Assembly (NCBI RefSeq): GCF_009914755.1
Contig: NC_060925.1
From: the human T2T-CHM13v2.0 reference genome, Homo sapiens
Direction: 5' to 3' (one strand)
Length of the DNA: 64,000 nucleotides
Part shown: piece after piece, positions 25,141-42,500 of the stretch
Position numbering within the stretch: the stretch's first letter is position 1
How the letters are laid out: every line of letters begins with the position of its first letter
Translations under genes and position numbers: made by a program
Notes under the pieces: generated by a model
What the model saw: only the letters and a program-made list of their open reading frames with translations
What the model was told of the DNA's origin: nothing
The model's database searches: none

Positions 25141-25360
25141 CAGGTTGAGTATCCCTAATCTGAAAACCAAAATCCTAAATGCTCCAAAACCCAAAACTGT
25201 TTCAGCGCTTACATGTCAAAGGAAATTCTCATTGAAGCATTTTGGATTTTGGCCTTTTGGATTAGGGATGTTCAGCTGGTACGTATATAATGCAAACATT
25301 CCAAAATTAAAAAAAACACCCAAAAAACCAGAAATCAAGCATTTCGGATAAGGACTCGTC
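25141..25360 (+). mobile_element. Tigger4/MER46-type MITE
   Basis: TA|CAGGTTGAGTATCCCTAATCTGAAA start and GCATTTCGGATAAGGACTC end. Confidence 0.7.
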
Positions 25361-25749
25361 TCCCTGGACTAAGAAATAAGCCGTGAATTCCCAATAACTA
25401 TACATGATTCATGCGAAGTGATCCATACAAAAATCATGACAGGAATATTTCAAGGACAAGTGAATAAAGATTAGGTTAAATAGCTTTACCTGTTCAATCC
25501 TCTAGTGTAATGCCAATTAATGCATATTTGAAAATTGACCATACTTGGTGCATAATAAACACTGGCTGACAAGCATAAGAAGGAAGCATATTTTTTCTTG
25601 AGTCTGATAATCACTATACTTTAATCCAACATCTCTCTGGTGAAGAAATTGTGAATGATTACTAAAGTAATTAAAGATACTCAAGGTAAAAGTTCCAATA
25701 ATAATCGTAACAACTTTTCAAATCACATGATTACGAAAGATGGTATTAA

Positions 25750-26057
<308 letters not shown>

Positions 26058-26257
26058 GATATTAAGGTCTTTATGGTATAAAACGAAAGCTCAATGTGTA
26101 TATATAAAATCCACCAAGAGGCCTGATAATGCACCTTTGAGTATGGCTGCTTTTGTTTTTGCTTTTGCTTATCCTGATAACATAGTTCAGAGAAGCTTTT
26201 GGACTTGATATGAAAGGCTTGCATAATTACCCTGATTTTGAATAAATAAGATCATGT

Positions 26258-26550
<293 letters not shown>

Positions 26551-28511
26551 GCGTAACTGCTGTTATTTCATTGAAGCTAAGATATAACTGATTATAAGAA
26601 ACATAAGTTTATGTATCACTAAGAAAAAATGCTGGCAACTGAACTACGATATGCCATTGTTTATAAAAGCCATCCAATTTTGGATATGTTAAAATGAGAA
26701 CTGCACTCTAGCCTGGGAGACAGAGTGAGACCTTGTCTCAAAAAAAAGTGAAAATAGGTGCATCTCAGAACTGATCAAATATAATATTGTAACTATGATG
26801 AAAACATTTGACTCAAATCACCTTAGGAACTGGGATTTGAAATTCACTCATAAATATTTAAACTCAATATTTTCATTACTAAATTGTAGCTGATGGGTTA
26901 CATACCTATTCTATGATAAATATTTATTTATGGAGGGGAATTTTTAAGGGCTTGAAGTTTGATAAAAGCTTTCATGTTCAACTGAAGCATATATTTGTCT
27001 GGACGCTCAACTCTTCTGCAACCCAAGCTCAGCTGTGCTACAATCACACACATTATTCATTAATCTCAGAGATGCTGTAGTGTACATGGAATAATAACCC
27101 ATAGCCAAGTAGTTAAATCTGGCAGGAAGCTAAGAAATACCTATTTAATAGAAAGGTTCACTGGATTATAGCAACCTTTTAGCTGGAAAATGCTGAAACA
27201 TTAAAAAAAGATATACTAGATACAATTCCAGATATTTTACGTTGGTTGTTACCCTTCTACCTGACAAGCATAAGAGATTATATGTGGCCAGTTGGCTGAC
27301 TTCTTACATCTTTATTAGAAACATAATTGTAATAGGTTTAAAAGATTTAGTTAGTTTCTGATTGGTAATTCACTACTTTCTATGAGACTTTTCAAGATAT
27401 CTCATGTAGTATATTAATATCCCATGTAGTATATTAATTCTAAATATACAAAATACTGAAAAAAGGGAATGCCATGGGCCTAGAACAGTGTTTTAAGGCA
27501 CAGGGAGATGATCTATAGATTATATGATAGCAAGGTTTCTCAAAATTCAGACACTCATGAATAAAGAATAGAGATTTTGGAAATTGGCTTTAGAATGTAT
27601 TTGAAAATGTTAAGTTGATGGCTGTTTTTAGTGATAGCTTTGAATATAAATTTGAAACCTTTAAAATAAAATAAAAGATAAGTTATATTCTTTGCTTAAA
27701 ATCTATACAGTTTTAGATGCGGCAAAACAGGTAATAAAAAACTTGTCTAAGAAATATCAAGTTCGAACTGCTAAAGAGATGAAAAAAGGAGTTCCTTAAT
27801 AGCTTCTTGCTCAAATACCCTGTAAATTAAAAATGAATAAATGGTTTTTGATTTGCTAATGTCTTAAAAAATGCACAAAGTAATACCAATTAAAAACTGA
27901 AGGCATCATCCTGGTGACTTCACTATAACTAATGTATGTTTCTTAAAACACATTCAATTAGTGTGGAATGTGAAAGACTTAAGCTAAACAGCAGGTTGCA
28001 ATGTAGCAAGGATTGTGAAAGAACAGACAGTGAAGAGAATGCTCTACTAGAATTACAGCATTTCAGTATGTACTAATATGCATATCACTTCCACAGATTA
28101 ATTAAATTATTTCAAAAATGAATCATCTTGGTGAATGATTTTGGTTTATATCTCAGAAAATAAGAAGTTAAGATAGAAAAATCACAAAATAAACAGCACT
28201 AATATGCCTCATTTCTGTTATAGAGGGGCTTATTCCAAAGAACAGGTTAGTTCATGCTAATGAAAATCTTCTTCACCGTTGAGGACTATACTAAGCAAGT
28301 TTATTACTCATTATTTTAATAGTAACACCTGTTAGAAAAATTATCTTTTAAGTGGTTATCTTTGCATCTCAACTCATTTTTTATTTCATTTCTCTTCCTA
28401 TGTCAACTATCTACTTTCCTTATATAATAGTAAAAGTCAGTGAATTCCCCAGATGGAGCTTTTGGGGCTTACAGGGAAAATGTTGGGAGCCAGTTTCAAG
28501 AGTGGCATACC

Positions 28512-28871
<360 letters not shown>

Positions 28872-29636
28872 TTAATAAAAAACAAAAGCTCTTCTGGTAT
28901 CCAGAAGTAACTTCACATTAACATATTAGATAGACCCAAAGAGACCTAACAGTTCAGATCTAAGCTTTTTTTTTTTTTTTTTTTTTTTAACAGAGACTGC
29001 TGCTACATATGACATGGTCATTATAGACAATTAAAAGAGCCCTAAAGAAATTCCTTTCTTGTTTAGTGAAGGTGAGTTTAAGGAATCTGACCTAACCCTG
29101 ATGAATCCTCCAGAATCTGTTTCAATCCTAGAGTGAAAACAGAGTACTATTCTAAAATGCCCCAGGGTTTTGAGATTTTCAGTAAATCTAGTTGTTCTGA
29201 CTTCTACACCCCTTACGTGACAAAATTCTGCTTTCTCCTTTGCTTTGTTTTTCTTAACATCCCTCTTCTTTCCTATCTTCCTAGTTATGTCTGCCAAAAG
29301 AATAGACATCTTAGCTGCCTATTCAGACCATGTGTACAAAATGCTACAAAAGATAATTTGATCTCTACCATGTTGGGATTGCATGAAACTTTCCCTAATG
29401 GTTACATTTGCTTCTGTATGTTTTTTAAAAAAGCAGCCATGTTTAATATTGTGAAATATGATCTGTCTCCTCTTCTGCCCACCCTCTAAAGCAGTGATAA
29501 ATTTCAGAGCATGCTCAGCAGAATTGGATTATATTATGCACAGTACACATGTTCATCACCAAAACTGTACTGCCTAGAATGTATGCAAGAAGAATGAATT
29601 GCTGAGACTTCAAAATCCCAGTTCCACAGAACTGAT

Positions 29637-29642
29637 TTTATT
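29637..29642 (-). terminator. ACBD6 poly(A) signal
   Basis: TTTATT on + (AATAAA on -), ~105 nt downstream of the ACBD6 stop. Confidence 0.7.
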
Positions 29643-29748
29643 AGCCAATACATACCAAAGACGGGTGGAAAAGAAGTATTATTTTTGTAGTTTTCTTTCA
29701 TAATGGAAGCCTTATGCTATTACAGACTGCAGTTTTCCAGTCTTTTGA

Positions 29749-29903
29749 TTAAGCCTTGCCAGTTGTGTGCCGCTGCAGCACCAAAGAAACTGTTTTGCAG
29801 CCTGTCACCTCCTCTGGCAGGCAGCCATCCTGGTCTCGGAGAGTGGGGTCAGCACCAGACTGGAGCAGCAGCTCTACAATATCCAGAAACTCACAGGCAG
29901 AGG
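29749..29903 (-). CDS. ACBD6: ACBD6 terminal exon, coding part (second ankyrin repeat and C-terminus)
   Basis: TTTTCCTTTCAG acceptor on -; encodes (A)SACEFLDIVELLLQSGADPTLRDQDGCLPEEVTGCKTVSLVLQRHTTGKA-stop; ankyrin motif IVELLLQSGADP. Confidence 0.95.
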
Positions 29904-30429
29904 CTGAAAGGAAAATTGACAAATATGAAAACAAGTTTACCACGAGACAGAGAAACTCCTCTACTTCAGCAGGAAAGGAAAGTGCTGAGCAATAAGGAAT
30001 ACTGAACAATGAGCAATGTTACAGTGACTGAAGGATGGTCAGGCCTGGTAATGAGAACTGTGGTATTATGCTAGATTTTCAAGCCTTAGGAAAATCAAAT
30101 TTACCTTTTTGGTTGTCTAGGAACACACACGCAAACAAATATATATTCTAAATTGTGAGGCTTTTGGGCTCTAGTCTTTAAGAATGGGATTAAGGAAAGG
30201 AATAAAAAATAGTATTTAAGTATCTATTTTACTTTGATCTTTATTTCAGAATAATGATACATGTGCAGGATATGTCAAAAGGCTAAAAATACTGTAAATG
30301 TCAAATAAAAGGTTTTGTTTTGTTTTTGAAGAGGGGATAAGTGGGTAACTAACTGAACTTTACAATTTGTAAATTTTTTAAAAAAAAGCTGGCCCAGTAA
30401 TCAGACCATTCTTCTACAGGAACTAAAAA

Positions 30430-31510
30430 AAAAAAAAAAAAAGGCACCAATGGGTGTAACTGATAAGTTCAAGGTACAGGAAGGGGAAAAAAGGGCGTAG
30501 AGATATCAAGACTTATAAATATGGTATGGTATTGCCCCAAAATGGAAAAACAGACCAGAAGCTTAGAACAGAGGGTGATCTATTCTTCTGCACACATATG
30601 AAAACTTAATTCATGACAAAGCTGGCAGATCAGTGGGGAAATAAAGACCCAATGATTAGATGGTGTAGAGACAACTGGGACTCACTAAAGGCAAAAAGAG
30701 GCACCAGATGAAACATAAATGGCAATAAACATATAAAAAGATGAGCATTCCACATTATCAGGGAAATGAAAATTAAAACCAGGAGATACCATTTCATACC
30801 CACTAGATTGGTGAAAATTAACTTTGACAATGCCAAGCACTGATAAGGACTGGAGCAGAGAAACCCCTTTAGATGTCAGAGTGTACACTGGTGTTGCTAT
30901 TTTAGACAACACTAGAGCATTACAGGTTAAACCTAAACACACATATACCCTCCAACCTAGTAATTCTACTTCTAGTTATATACTTTTGCATATGTTCTCC
31001 AGGAGATATTTGCAAGCATGTACACAGCAGACCCCAAATGTAAACAGCCCAAACGCTCATTAATGGTAACATATAAATAAAGTATTGATCACTTGTACAA
31101 TGAAATCCTGTAGAACACTGGAAACTAATGAACTATAGCTTCACACAACATGGGTTTATCTCCAAAACATAATGTTGAAGGGAAAAAAACAAGTGAGAAG
31201 AATACATATGATATCATTTCATTTAAACAAAATTTTGCAAACCGGTAAAACTAAAGAATATGATTCAGACATACAAATATGTACTGAAACTACAAAGGAA
31301 ATCATTAATTAATATAAAATTTGGGATAGTGGTAATCTCTCAAAGATTACCACTAGGGAAGGCCATATGATTGAGAGGCATGCACAGGAGGTTCAAAGAT
31401 ATTGGTGATGTTCTATTTCTTAAGCTAAGTAGTGGGTAAATTTTTAAAAGCTTTGTTTAAATTCTTCATATACATTTTATATACTCTTTTGCAGCATGAT
31501 TATCACACAA
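30430..31510 (+). mobile_element. Ancient L1M (L1ME-like) 3' fragment
   Basis: Degenerate L1 ORF2 end and 3' UTR (GGAAATGAAAATTAAAACCAGGAGATACCATTTCATACCCACTAGATTGG). Confidence 0.65.
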
Positions 31511-31586
31511 CACAGTGTGTGGGTTTTTGTTGTTGTTGTTGCTCATTTGTTTCAAGAGAAAGGGTATGGAGCTGAATTTCACGGAC

Positions 31587-31861
31587 TTTTTGAGACAGGG
31601 TCTGGCTCTGTCTCCCAACCTGGAGTGCAGTGGCGAGATCATGGCTCACTGCAGCCTTGACCTTCTGGGCTCAAGCAAATCCTCCCACCTCAGCTTCCTG
31701 AGTAGTTATAACTATATAGGTGTGTGCTACCATGCTTGGCTCTCACTTTGGGAGTCTCACTTTGTTGCCCAGGCTGGTCTCAAACTACTAGGCTCAGGCA
31801 ATCCTCCCGCGTTGGCCTCCCAAAGTGCTGGGATTACAGGCATACACCACTGCACCCGGCC
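31587..31861 (-). mobile_element. Alu (AluJ-like)
   Basis: Reverse Alu consensus. Confidence 0.85.
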
Positions 31862-34679
31862 CTATAGCCATTTTATTGAGCACATACTGTACCAGTCCAG
31901 TCAGGAATACAGGTAAGATTCCTGCTATTCAGAATGGATTGTAAATATGTAAACAACCAATTCTAACACAAAAGAATGAATAAGAAATGTGGCAGAAATA
32001 CATACACTGCAAAGGCAGGGAGGAAGGAGGAGACTGAGGGATCAGGAAACACTACAAATTGGTAGTAAGATGTAAGATGAGCTTTGAAGGATCGAGCAAA
32101 ATTTCTGAGAAGGAAAGGCATTGCAGAATGCGAAAATACCACTAGGAGAGGCATGACAAGGAATGCTGGAGAACTGTCTCTGCTGGCTCAGGGAAGCAGT
32201 ACAAAGAGTTGAAAGTACAGAGGTTGGATTGAAGTCAAGTTATCTAGGGCCTTGAATCGGTCACACTAAGAAGTCTGAGTTTTGTCAAGTGATCCACAGG
32301 CATTTATGAGGAGTGGAGTGGCATAATTTGGCAAGCACCGATCTGATTTCTGTCCCTATAGTTTTGTCTTTTTCCAGAAATAGAAATCATATAGCATAGT
32401 CTTTTGTATCTGGTCTCTTTCACTTAGCATGTTGCTTTTGTGATCCATCCACATTGCTTCAAGTATCAGTTCTTTCCTTTTGATTGCTGAGTAGTATTCT
32501 ACTGTATGCATGTATGCAGTCATCTGGGCTGCTTCCAATTTTTGGCATTATGAACAGGGATCTTACGAACAGTTGGGTAAAGGTCTTTGTGTTGTCCTGT
32601 TTTATGTTTTCACAGCTTGTGGGTAAATATCTAGAAGTAGAACTGCTGAGTCATATGGCAAGTGAATGTTTAACTTTCCAGGAAACTACCAAACTTTTCT
32701 AAAGTTTTCACTCACACCAATAAGTATAAATTCCAGTTCCTTTGCACCCTTACCAGCACTTTACTATTATTAAAAATATTTTTTAGCCATTCTAGTTAGG
32801 TCTATGGTGGCTTTTCATTGTGATTTCTAATCTGTACTTCCCTAATGTCTAACAATGAACATTTCTCATGTGCTTATCTGCCAACTATCTATCTTTGGTG
32901 ATTTATCTGTTCAAATCTTTTGTTCATTTGTTAATAAGGTTGTCATTTTCTTATAAGAGGTCTTTATATGTTGTGGACACAAAATTTTTTTTTCCAAATA
33001 TATGTTTTATAAATATTTTCTCCCAGTATATGACTTCTCATTTTTTTTAAGAGTATCTTGAAGAGTGGAATTTTTAAATTTTGATAAAGTGCAATTTATT
33101 TTTTCTTTTATAGTTTGTGCTTGTGTTCCATCTAAAAAAAACTTTGCCTACACCAAGATCACAAAGATATTCTTCTAGTTCTTTATCATTATTCCTCTTA
33201 CATATACATCTAAGATCTTACCTTCCCAGTTAATTTTTGAGTAGGCTTCAGGCTCACCTTTTTGTTTTGTTTTGCATTTTGATGTCCAATTGTTACAGCT
33301 CTATACGTTGAAAAGGCTAGTCTTCCCTCCACTGAATTTTATGTTGGCATTTTTGTCAAAAATCAGCTGACCATTTGTGATTGGATCTATTTCTAGGTTA
33401 TCTATCATGTTCCTTTGATCTATATACCTATTCTTATACCAATACAACATTGGCTTGATTTCTGTACTTTATAGTAAGTCCTGAAACCAGTGTGGGGCCT
33501 CCAACTTTATTCTTTTTCAAAGTTGTTTTGATTATTCTAGGTCCTTTGCTTTTCCATATAAATTTTAGAATCAACTTATAAGTTTTTACAAAGATCCTGC
33601 TGGGATTCTGATTGGGACCCCGCTGAATCTATGAATCAATTTGGAAAGAATGGACAGCTGAACAATACTGAGTCTTTTGATCCATGAACAATGGTATCTC
33701 TTTCCATTTAAATTTTCCTTAATTTCGATAATATTTAGGAATTATACACATACAAATCTTACTCTTATTTTGTTTGATGTATCCCTAAGAATTTCATGTT
33801 TTTGAGGCTACTGCAAATAATATCTTTTAAAAATTCAATTTACTGTAAGCATAAAGAAAAACAATTAAGATTTGTATACTATCCCTGGTGTTTTCGAATT
33901 TTAATTTTCAATTGTTCATTACTAGTATATAGGAATACTTTTCATGTTTGTATATTGATTTTACATCCTGTGAACTTGGTGAACTCACTTATTCTAGGTT
34001 TTTTTTTTTTAATAGATTCTTGGGGTCTTATACATAGATGGACACATCACCTACGAGAAAAGGAAGTTTTATTTCTTCTTTTTAAATCTATGTGGCTTTC
34101 ATTTCTTTTTCTTGCCTTAATGCATTGGCTAGAACTTTTAATACAATGTTGGATCAAAGTGGAGAGAGTGGATATCTTTGTCCACAGTCTTAGAGGGAAA
34201 GTGTTCAGCCTTTCATCATCAAGGACGATATTAACTGTCGATTTTCTCAGGCTAAAGAAATTCCCTACTATTTCCTATTTCTATTTTGTTGTGAGTTTTT
34301 GTTGTTGTTGTTGTTTTAATCATGAAGGGAAGTTGAATTTTGTCAGCCTTTTCTACATAAATTGATAAAATCACATTTTGCTTTTTTGATCTGTTCATAT
34401 GGTGAAATACTATGGTTCTCAATTGCCAAACAAACCTTGCATTCCTAGGATAAACACACTTGCACAAAATTTATTAACCTTTTTGTATTTACTAGGTTCA
34501 ATTTGCTAACATCTTATTAAACATTTTTGCATCTATGTTCATAAGGAATACTGGCCTGTTGTTTTCTTTTCCTCTAAGGTCTTTGTCTGGATTTGGTTAT
34601 CAGGGTAATTCTGGTTTCACAGAATGAGCTGGGCAGTGCTCCCTCCCCTTCTATTTTCTGGAAGTGTTTGTGTGTAGAA

Positions 34680-34988
34680 TTTTTTTTTTTTTTTTTTTTG
34701 AGACAAAGTCTCACTCTGTTGCCCAGGCTGGAGTGCAATGGTGCAAATGGCATGATCTTGGCTCACTGCAACCTCTACCTCCTGGGTTCAAGCAATTCTC
34801 CTACCTCAGCCTCCTGAGTAGCTGAGATTACAGGCACCCACCACCACACCCAGCTAATTTTTGTATTTTTAGTAGAGACGGGGTTTTGCCACATTGGCCA
34901 GGCTAGTCTCAAACTCCTGACCTCAGGTGATCTGGCTGCCTCACCTCTCAAAGTGCTAGGATTATAGGCATGAGCCACTGTGCCTGGC
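34680..34988 (-). mobile_element. Alu (AluS-like)
   Basis: Reverse Alu consensus with T-tract. Confidence 0.9.
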
Positions 34989-35285
34989 CAATTTCATCCT
35001 TAAATACTCAGTAGAATTCACCAGTGAAGTAATCAAGGCCTGGAAATCTTGTGGGAAAGTTTCTAGCTACAAATTCAATCTCTTTTATAAATATAGAGCT
35101 ATCCAGATTTTCTATTTTTTATTTTTGTTTTTTTTTAAGATGGAGTCAGGCTATGTTGCCCTAGCTAGATGTAGTGGCTATTCACAAGCATGATCATAGT
35201 GCAGTGCAGTGTTGAACTCCTGGCTCCAAGTGATCCTCTTCCCCAAGCCTCCCAGCTGGGACTAAAGGCATGCACTTCTATTTCC

Positions 35286-35576
35286 TTTTTTTTTTGAGAT
35301 GAAGTCTGGCTCTGTTGCCCAGGCTGGAGTGCAGTGGCACGATCTTGGCTCAGTGAAATCTCCGCCTCCCGGGTTCAAGTGATTCTCCTGCTTCAGGCTC
35401 CCGAGCAGCTGGGATTACAGGTGCGCACCACCACATCTGGCTAATTTTTGTGTATGTAGTAGAGACAGGGTTTCACCATGTTGGCCAGGCTGATCTCGAA
35501 CTCCTGACCTCAGGTGATCCGCCCGCCCCAGCCTCCCAAAGTGCTGGGATCACAGGTGTGAGCCACCACACCTGGC
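35286..35576 (-). mobile_element. Alu (AluS-like)
   Basis: Full-length reverse Alu. Confidence 0.9.
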
Positions 35577-35633
35577 TTTCTATTTCTTTTTCAGAAAACT
35601 TTGGTAGTTTGTGTCTTTAAAAAAATTTGTCCT

Positions 35634-36054
<421 letters not shown>

Positions 36055-36081
36055 TCATTCCTGAAACTGGTAATTTGCCTT

Positions 36082-36381
36082 TTGTTTTTTTTTTTGGTGT
36101 CACATCTCACTTTGTTACTCAGGCTGGAGTGCGGTGGCACAATCATAACTCACTGCATCCTGGAACTCCTGGGCATGAGTGATCCTCCTGCCTCAGCCTC
36201 CTGAGTAGCTGGGACTTACAGGCTCAAACAACTATGCCTGGCATGTTTTAAAACATTTGTTGTAGAGATGGGGTCTTGCTATGTTGCCCAGGCTGGGTCT
36301 CGAACTCTTAGTCTCAAGTGATCCTTCTGCACTGGTCTCCCAAAGTGCTGGGATTACAGGTGTGAGCCACAGCATCCAGCC
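36082..36381 (-). mobile_element. Alu (AluJ-like)
   Basis: Reverse Alu consensus. Confidence 0.85.
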
Positions 36382-36843
36382 TGTTTCTTCTCTTTTTTTT
36401 CTTCCTTGGTCTGGCTAGAGGACTATGTTTTATTGATCTTTACAAACAACCAGTTTTTGATTTCACTGATTTTCTGTTTTCTGATTTTCTATTTCAATGA
36501 TTTCTGCTCCGATCTTTATTGTTTCACACTTACTTTGGGCTTAATTTGCCCTTCTTTTTTTGAGATAGAAGCTTGGATCACTGATATGAAATCTTTCTTC
36601 TTTTCTAATAGTATTTAATTTCCTTTAAAGCACTGGTTTAGCTGCATCCTGCAATTTTTTTTTTTTTTTTGAGGCGGAGTCTTGCTCTGTCGCCCAGGCT
36701 GAAGTGCAGTGGTGCAATCTTGGCTTGCTGCAACCTCTGCCTCCCTGGCCTGGCTTAAGCGATTCTCCTGCCTCAGCCTCCCAAGCATCCCACAAGTTTT
36801 GACAAGAGTGTTTTCATTTTCATTCAGTTCAAAATATTTTATA

Positions 36844-38225
<1,382 letters not shown>

Positions 38226-38226
38226 A

Positions 38227-38381
38227 GCCAGGCGCAGTGGCTCACGCCTGTAATCCCAGCACTTCGGGAGGCCAAGGTGGGCAGATCACAAGGTCAGGAG
38301 ATCGAAACCATCCTGGCTAACACGGTGAAACCCCATCTTTACTAAAAATGCAAAAAATTAGCTGGGTGTGGTGGCTTGTGC
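38227..38381 (+). mobile_element. 3'-truncated Alu (AluY/Sc-like left arm)
   Basis: GGTCAGGAGATCGAAACCATCCTGGCTAACACGGTGAAACCCC; ends abruptly ~20 nt into the right arm. Confidence 0.85.
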
Positions 38382-39115
38382 TTCTTTTGTTAGGGTGAGA
38401 ATGAAGTTCTCTTGCAGTTTTCTACATCTTAATAGTGGAAGCAGAACTCCCCAGGGGTTTGTTTTAAATGATTTAGCAGTGATATTTCTTCTTTTGCTCT
38501 CTAACGGTACTTAGGTAAAGATAAAGTAGTTTCTCTGGTTCCCTTGACCATCTTTTCTCCTTGTGTGGGTACTTCCAGCTCAGGGCTTCACGGCTATGTG
38601 CTGTGAAGTGTGCACAGAGCCGACAGCCAAAACCAGGTTGTGATAGGTACTTGGGATATATTTTGTGATCCTTTACATTACTTATCCTGACAAGCTTAGG
38701 CACCAAACTCTAATCCATAACCATATAAACTCAGAGGTGCTTCTAAGTGAATCAAAGTGGAGGGTAGATTTTTTTGTGAGCTAAAATCAGAGCATTTGTG
38801 AATGCTATCTCTGCCTTCAGCGATGTGGGGTTTCTTAGAAGGCTACCAAGATACAGATATTAATATCTGATGAATGGAGAATAGGAGAAAACATAGAGGC
38901 AGGCAAGAATTGCCTGTTCCAACCCCAGGGTCACTGCTGATTGGCTGAGATCATAGTTTTGGGTAGCTCCTGAGACTCAAGAGCTATTCTTCATCTTGAG
39001 GGATGCCACAGACAGGGAGGAAGAGACGGTATCATCTTTACCAAGGCCGAGGATTCAAGAGAGTGTTTAGGATTATAGTATCTTTTTGAGACTTTAAAAT
39101 TGCCTCCCAAAATAA

Positions 39116-39525
<410 letters not shown>

Positions 39526-42500
39526 TAAAATACAACAAAGTTGAAGACACATTGCCTTATATCAAGTAGCTGTGAAAAAAAGGCTATTTATCCTGCATAG
39601 AACTAGCTACTTTAACCTTTACACTGCAGTTATTAGTCTCAACTTATTGTAAGAAACACTTAGGCTTTAAAATAGGACCTTTAGCAGTATCATGGGAATA
39701 AACTTCCCATTGTATAAATCTATAATACACAATAATAACCATCATGATCTGTCAGATCACGCTTGGCTCAATTCCAACCCAACAGTTACGCGAGAAGATC
39801 AGGGCTAAGTAGATGTGTGCTATGGCTGAAGACACAAAAGATGGCCATCTCAGACAAAGGGACATTAATTACATTTATGCTGTATGATGATGTGACCATT
39901 CCAGTGGTGAGATATGATATAATCTATGGGCACCAACCCAGGTATGGAGCTTAAGAATTTAAGTTCCACATCTAGGGAACTCTAGTCAACCAGCTATGAA
40001 AATGCTACCTGAGGCTAATAATAATTCCCTAACTTGACAGATGTGAATGAAATTTTAGCTCAGGTCTAACTATAATGTGAGATATGAATTTGGAATTTAA
40101 GGTGGCAAAACAGTAATTCAGAGCAAGAAATATGGCATTCATATGAAAGGGGTTTTATTAACAAATGCCTGGGAGTTATGCAAAGACAGACTTACATGAC
40201 AGCATAAACAATGAGGAAGTTATATAGATAAAAAAGAATGAGACTGAATAACTTAAAGGACAAGGGTCCTTTTAAACCACACAGGTGCATCTTATCCTGA
40301 TATGAGGAGGCCACTTGCAGTATCTGTTGGAGACTCACTGTTGAGAGGCATCCATTATGTTTATGTTAGCACAGAGCCTACTTGCACATATAGTTGCCCA
40401 ACAAATAGTTGTTGAAAAAATATGCTTTGTACCCCACAATGAGATGCTGAACTACTTGAGTATATGCTTCTTTTTGTATTCTCTTCTCCATCTAGCATAA
40501 TGCTGGGCACTTACTGTTTGCTCAAAATTCATTAGTTAATTGATTTCTCTGCCTTTGGCATGTTCAGTGAAACACAAGTCATAATGTAGAGTCATCTTTC
40601 AGAAATGTGTACTCTGCCCACCCTTTCAAAACAGACAAAGGCAAAGAATATGAGAGAAAAATGAGGAGGAAAGGGTGCTAACATTTTACCAAATTAATGA
40701 GGGGATATACTGGTGCCCACAGTGTGCTGGGAAATACAAAAACAGTCATAAGCCCATCTCAGAAAAGCTTGAGCAAGTCTATAGGGATTAGAACAGTTGC
40801 TGAATTTATGGTACCCTGGGAACCTCTATTTGTCAAGTGCCATAGAGGCAGCCCTGACACTGGCACAGGTGAAGATGAATTTCCATTCAGAGCAGTGAGC
40901 CTTCTGACTCCATTAATCCTCAGGGTTTTGATAATGAATTTCTTTTTTTTTTTATTTTATTTATTTTCACTCTAATGCCTCCTCCCACTGCCCTGTAACA
41001 GTGTGGAGGTAACAGAACAGATGGTGCTTTGCGTGGAAGACTGAGGGCTCATGAGGATACAAAGCCTGCCCACTCTGAAATCACATGACTGCACGTGCAA
41101 GGAAAAGCCTTGATTTCCCCTGGGAGACACAGATGCAATGATATTAGTATTCCCAGTGGAGGAAGAGGAGGGGAAGGCTAACAGGCCATTTATAAGTAAG
41201 ACCATACTTATACCAATATACTCTTCAGCAAGGACCATGTTTAATCATGAAGTAACAGGAGGACCAATATCTGAAGATTAAAAAAAAACCCAGGTAAAAT
41301 ATAGGCACATAAGGGTTTTAGTATGCTGCCACACAAAGCCTATTTAGAATGAACTAGTAAGGACGTACAGTAGTAGAATACCGGCCTCTAGTTAACCTGC
41401 GATTGGCTCTGACCTAGTTTTAATCGGAAGGAGCCAGGATTTACAACCTGCTTAAGGATGGAGTTTGACAACTGCTATAATCAGAAGAGCTGTCAACACA
41501 AGGACAGCTGTCAAGCCCAACCATAATTCATAAAAAATAATAACTAAATCCCCAAAGACATCCCCAACACTGTCTGCACTCACTGGATTTAACGATACTT
41601 ATAGTTTTAGGAAAGTTCCAAGAGTAGGTTAAGAGTCCTGAAATAAAATAAAATCAACAAATAATAACTGACTGCCCACTAAATAAAAAGGGTTAAATAA
41701 TATTAAGTGATTAAATGAATAACAAATATGCCCAGCAGATCCTCTGGCATATAATAGGTGCTTAATAAATCATTATTATTATTATTACATGCAAGACTGT
41801 TTTGACTACCTTAAAAACTGGCAAGAATCCAGTGACCTAGTGAAAAATTATAAATTAAAAATAACCCACTCCTATAAGTGATTACGAATTAAACTTAAAA
41901 TAGTAATTTTTATTAAATATTCCTGAATTGTCAGAATATTTTAGTTTTATATATTTGTAACGCCAGAACTTATAGGGATATTTAGTATTTGATTATCTTG
42001 ATTTTAACATATATGTCATTTGTTTTGTTCTTTCCATGATGATTAATATAACCTGAGAGAAACAGAAGTTCTAGATCAATTTTAGGCAAGATTTTTGAAT
42101 CAGGGATAATTTTTATTAATGTATAAACTCTTGGTGAACAGAAATAAAAATATAAAAGCACACAGACAGAAATATTGATATACATTTACTCCCAAGTACA
42201 GTCTTGAAAACTAGCCTTGAATCACTGACCAAGGTAACCAATAAGAAAAGATTTTCTTTAATTTGATTTCTATGAAAGATTATCTTCCACAAAATAATGT
42301 CTTCCTTAAAAAGACAGCAGGACTGCAATTATTTATGAAATTGTGAAAAGAGGTCTGGATGTAGAATCAGAAGACCTATACAAGTGTCTTGGCTCTGCAA
42401 CCTACAGCTTGGATTACCCTGTCAAGGTAACATCTCTGAACTGTAGTTTTTCAATTAAAAATGGGGGAAGGCAGTACCTAGCTCAAACATTTGTAGAAAA

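Noticed and set aside
33796-34365. 189-aa hydrophobic ORF resembling a membrane protein
   Set aside because: Antisense frame of a T-rich old L1; a compositional artefact.
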